A stretch of 64,000 nucleotides of DNA from Octopus sinensis (taxonomy: Eukaryota): the NCBI RefSeq assembly GCF_006345805.1, contig NC_043000.1:111476001-111540000 (forward strand). The letters run 5' to 3'. The notes beneath the pieces are model-generated. The model saw only the letters and a program-made list of their open reading frames with translations. It had not been told where the DNA came from and did no database searches. Shown here in pieces: positions 63,408-64,000 of the stretch. The translations under genes and the position numbers were made by a program. Position 1 is the first letter of the stretch. Every line of letters starts with the position of its first letter.

Positions 63408-64000
63408 AGAAAATGGAGAAATATTGATGAACAACAATTGACTTACAAATAGACTGCATCCCTTGTATTGAATTGATAAATAATAATTGATGTAAGTAAA
63501 TTGTTGTTCATCAATATTTCTCCATTTTCTGTTTTATTTAAATTTTGATTCCTGATAAACTCATGTTTATCCTTGACTTTATCTATAATTTATGAGCATA
63601 ATATGCTTGCATATATATGCCCATGGTTAAATATAGGTAATATACCAGTGGTATAATGGATACTTCTATCCCTTAAATGGTTATGTTAATCTCTAACTCA
63701 GCTAACCTTTTATATATATATATGTGACTGCATCGTTTAGTTATGTGAATTTATATTCTGCGTTCAAATCGCATTCAACTCATGCTGAGGTCGACTTTGC
63801 CGTCCAGCCTTCCGGAGGTCGATAAAATAATTAGCAGTCAAGTACTAGGATCCATATAATCAGATGTGCCCCCTCCCTCAGTATTTATGGACCTTGTACT
63901 TAATTTACAACACAGTACTTACATCTACACTTCATTTCGATCGGTTCGATCTTCGATTATCAATAAGTGCCTTTCCCCAATCTAAATATCCCGGGCTGCA

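Overview
AT-rich (~35% GC), microsatellite- and SINE-dense animal genomic DNA. The repeat families look like those of Octopus (coleoid cephalopod); this is recognised from memory, not from a search. One complete 6-exon protein-coding gene can be assembled on the + strand (CDS 7532-16526, 1983 nt, 660 aa). It encodes a serine beta-lactamase/penicillin-binding-protein-like hydrolase with intact SxxK, YxN and HTG motifs, fused to about five C-terminal ~52-aa repeats resembling bacterial BTRD1. A second, orphan, very Arg-rich putative terminal exon lies on the - strand at 48534-48988. The rest is transposon-derived or simple repeat. Highlights are a young RTE-clade LINE insertion with a twin-priming-type 5' inversion and an 11-bp TSD (54355-56947), and Penelope-like fragments carrying hammerhead-ribozyme motifs, one family of which is coupled to a tRNA-like Pol III head. 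Also present are mariner/Tc1/pogo, Kolobok-like, Helentron/Helitron, R4/Dong-like and CR1-like remnants, three abundant SINE families, several inverted-repeat structures, and a tandem duplication of the exon-4 splice donor of the hydrolase gene. Repeat boundaries are approximate (by eye).
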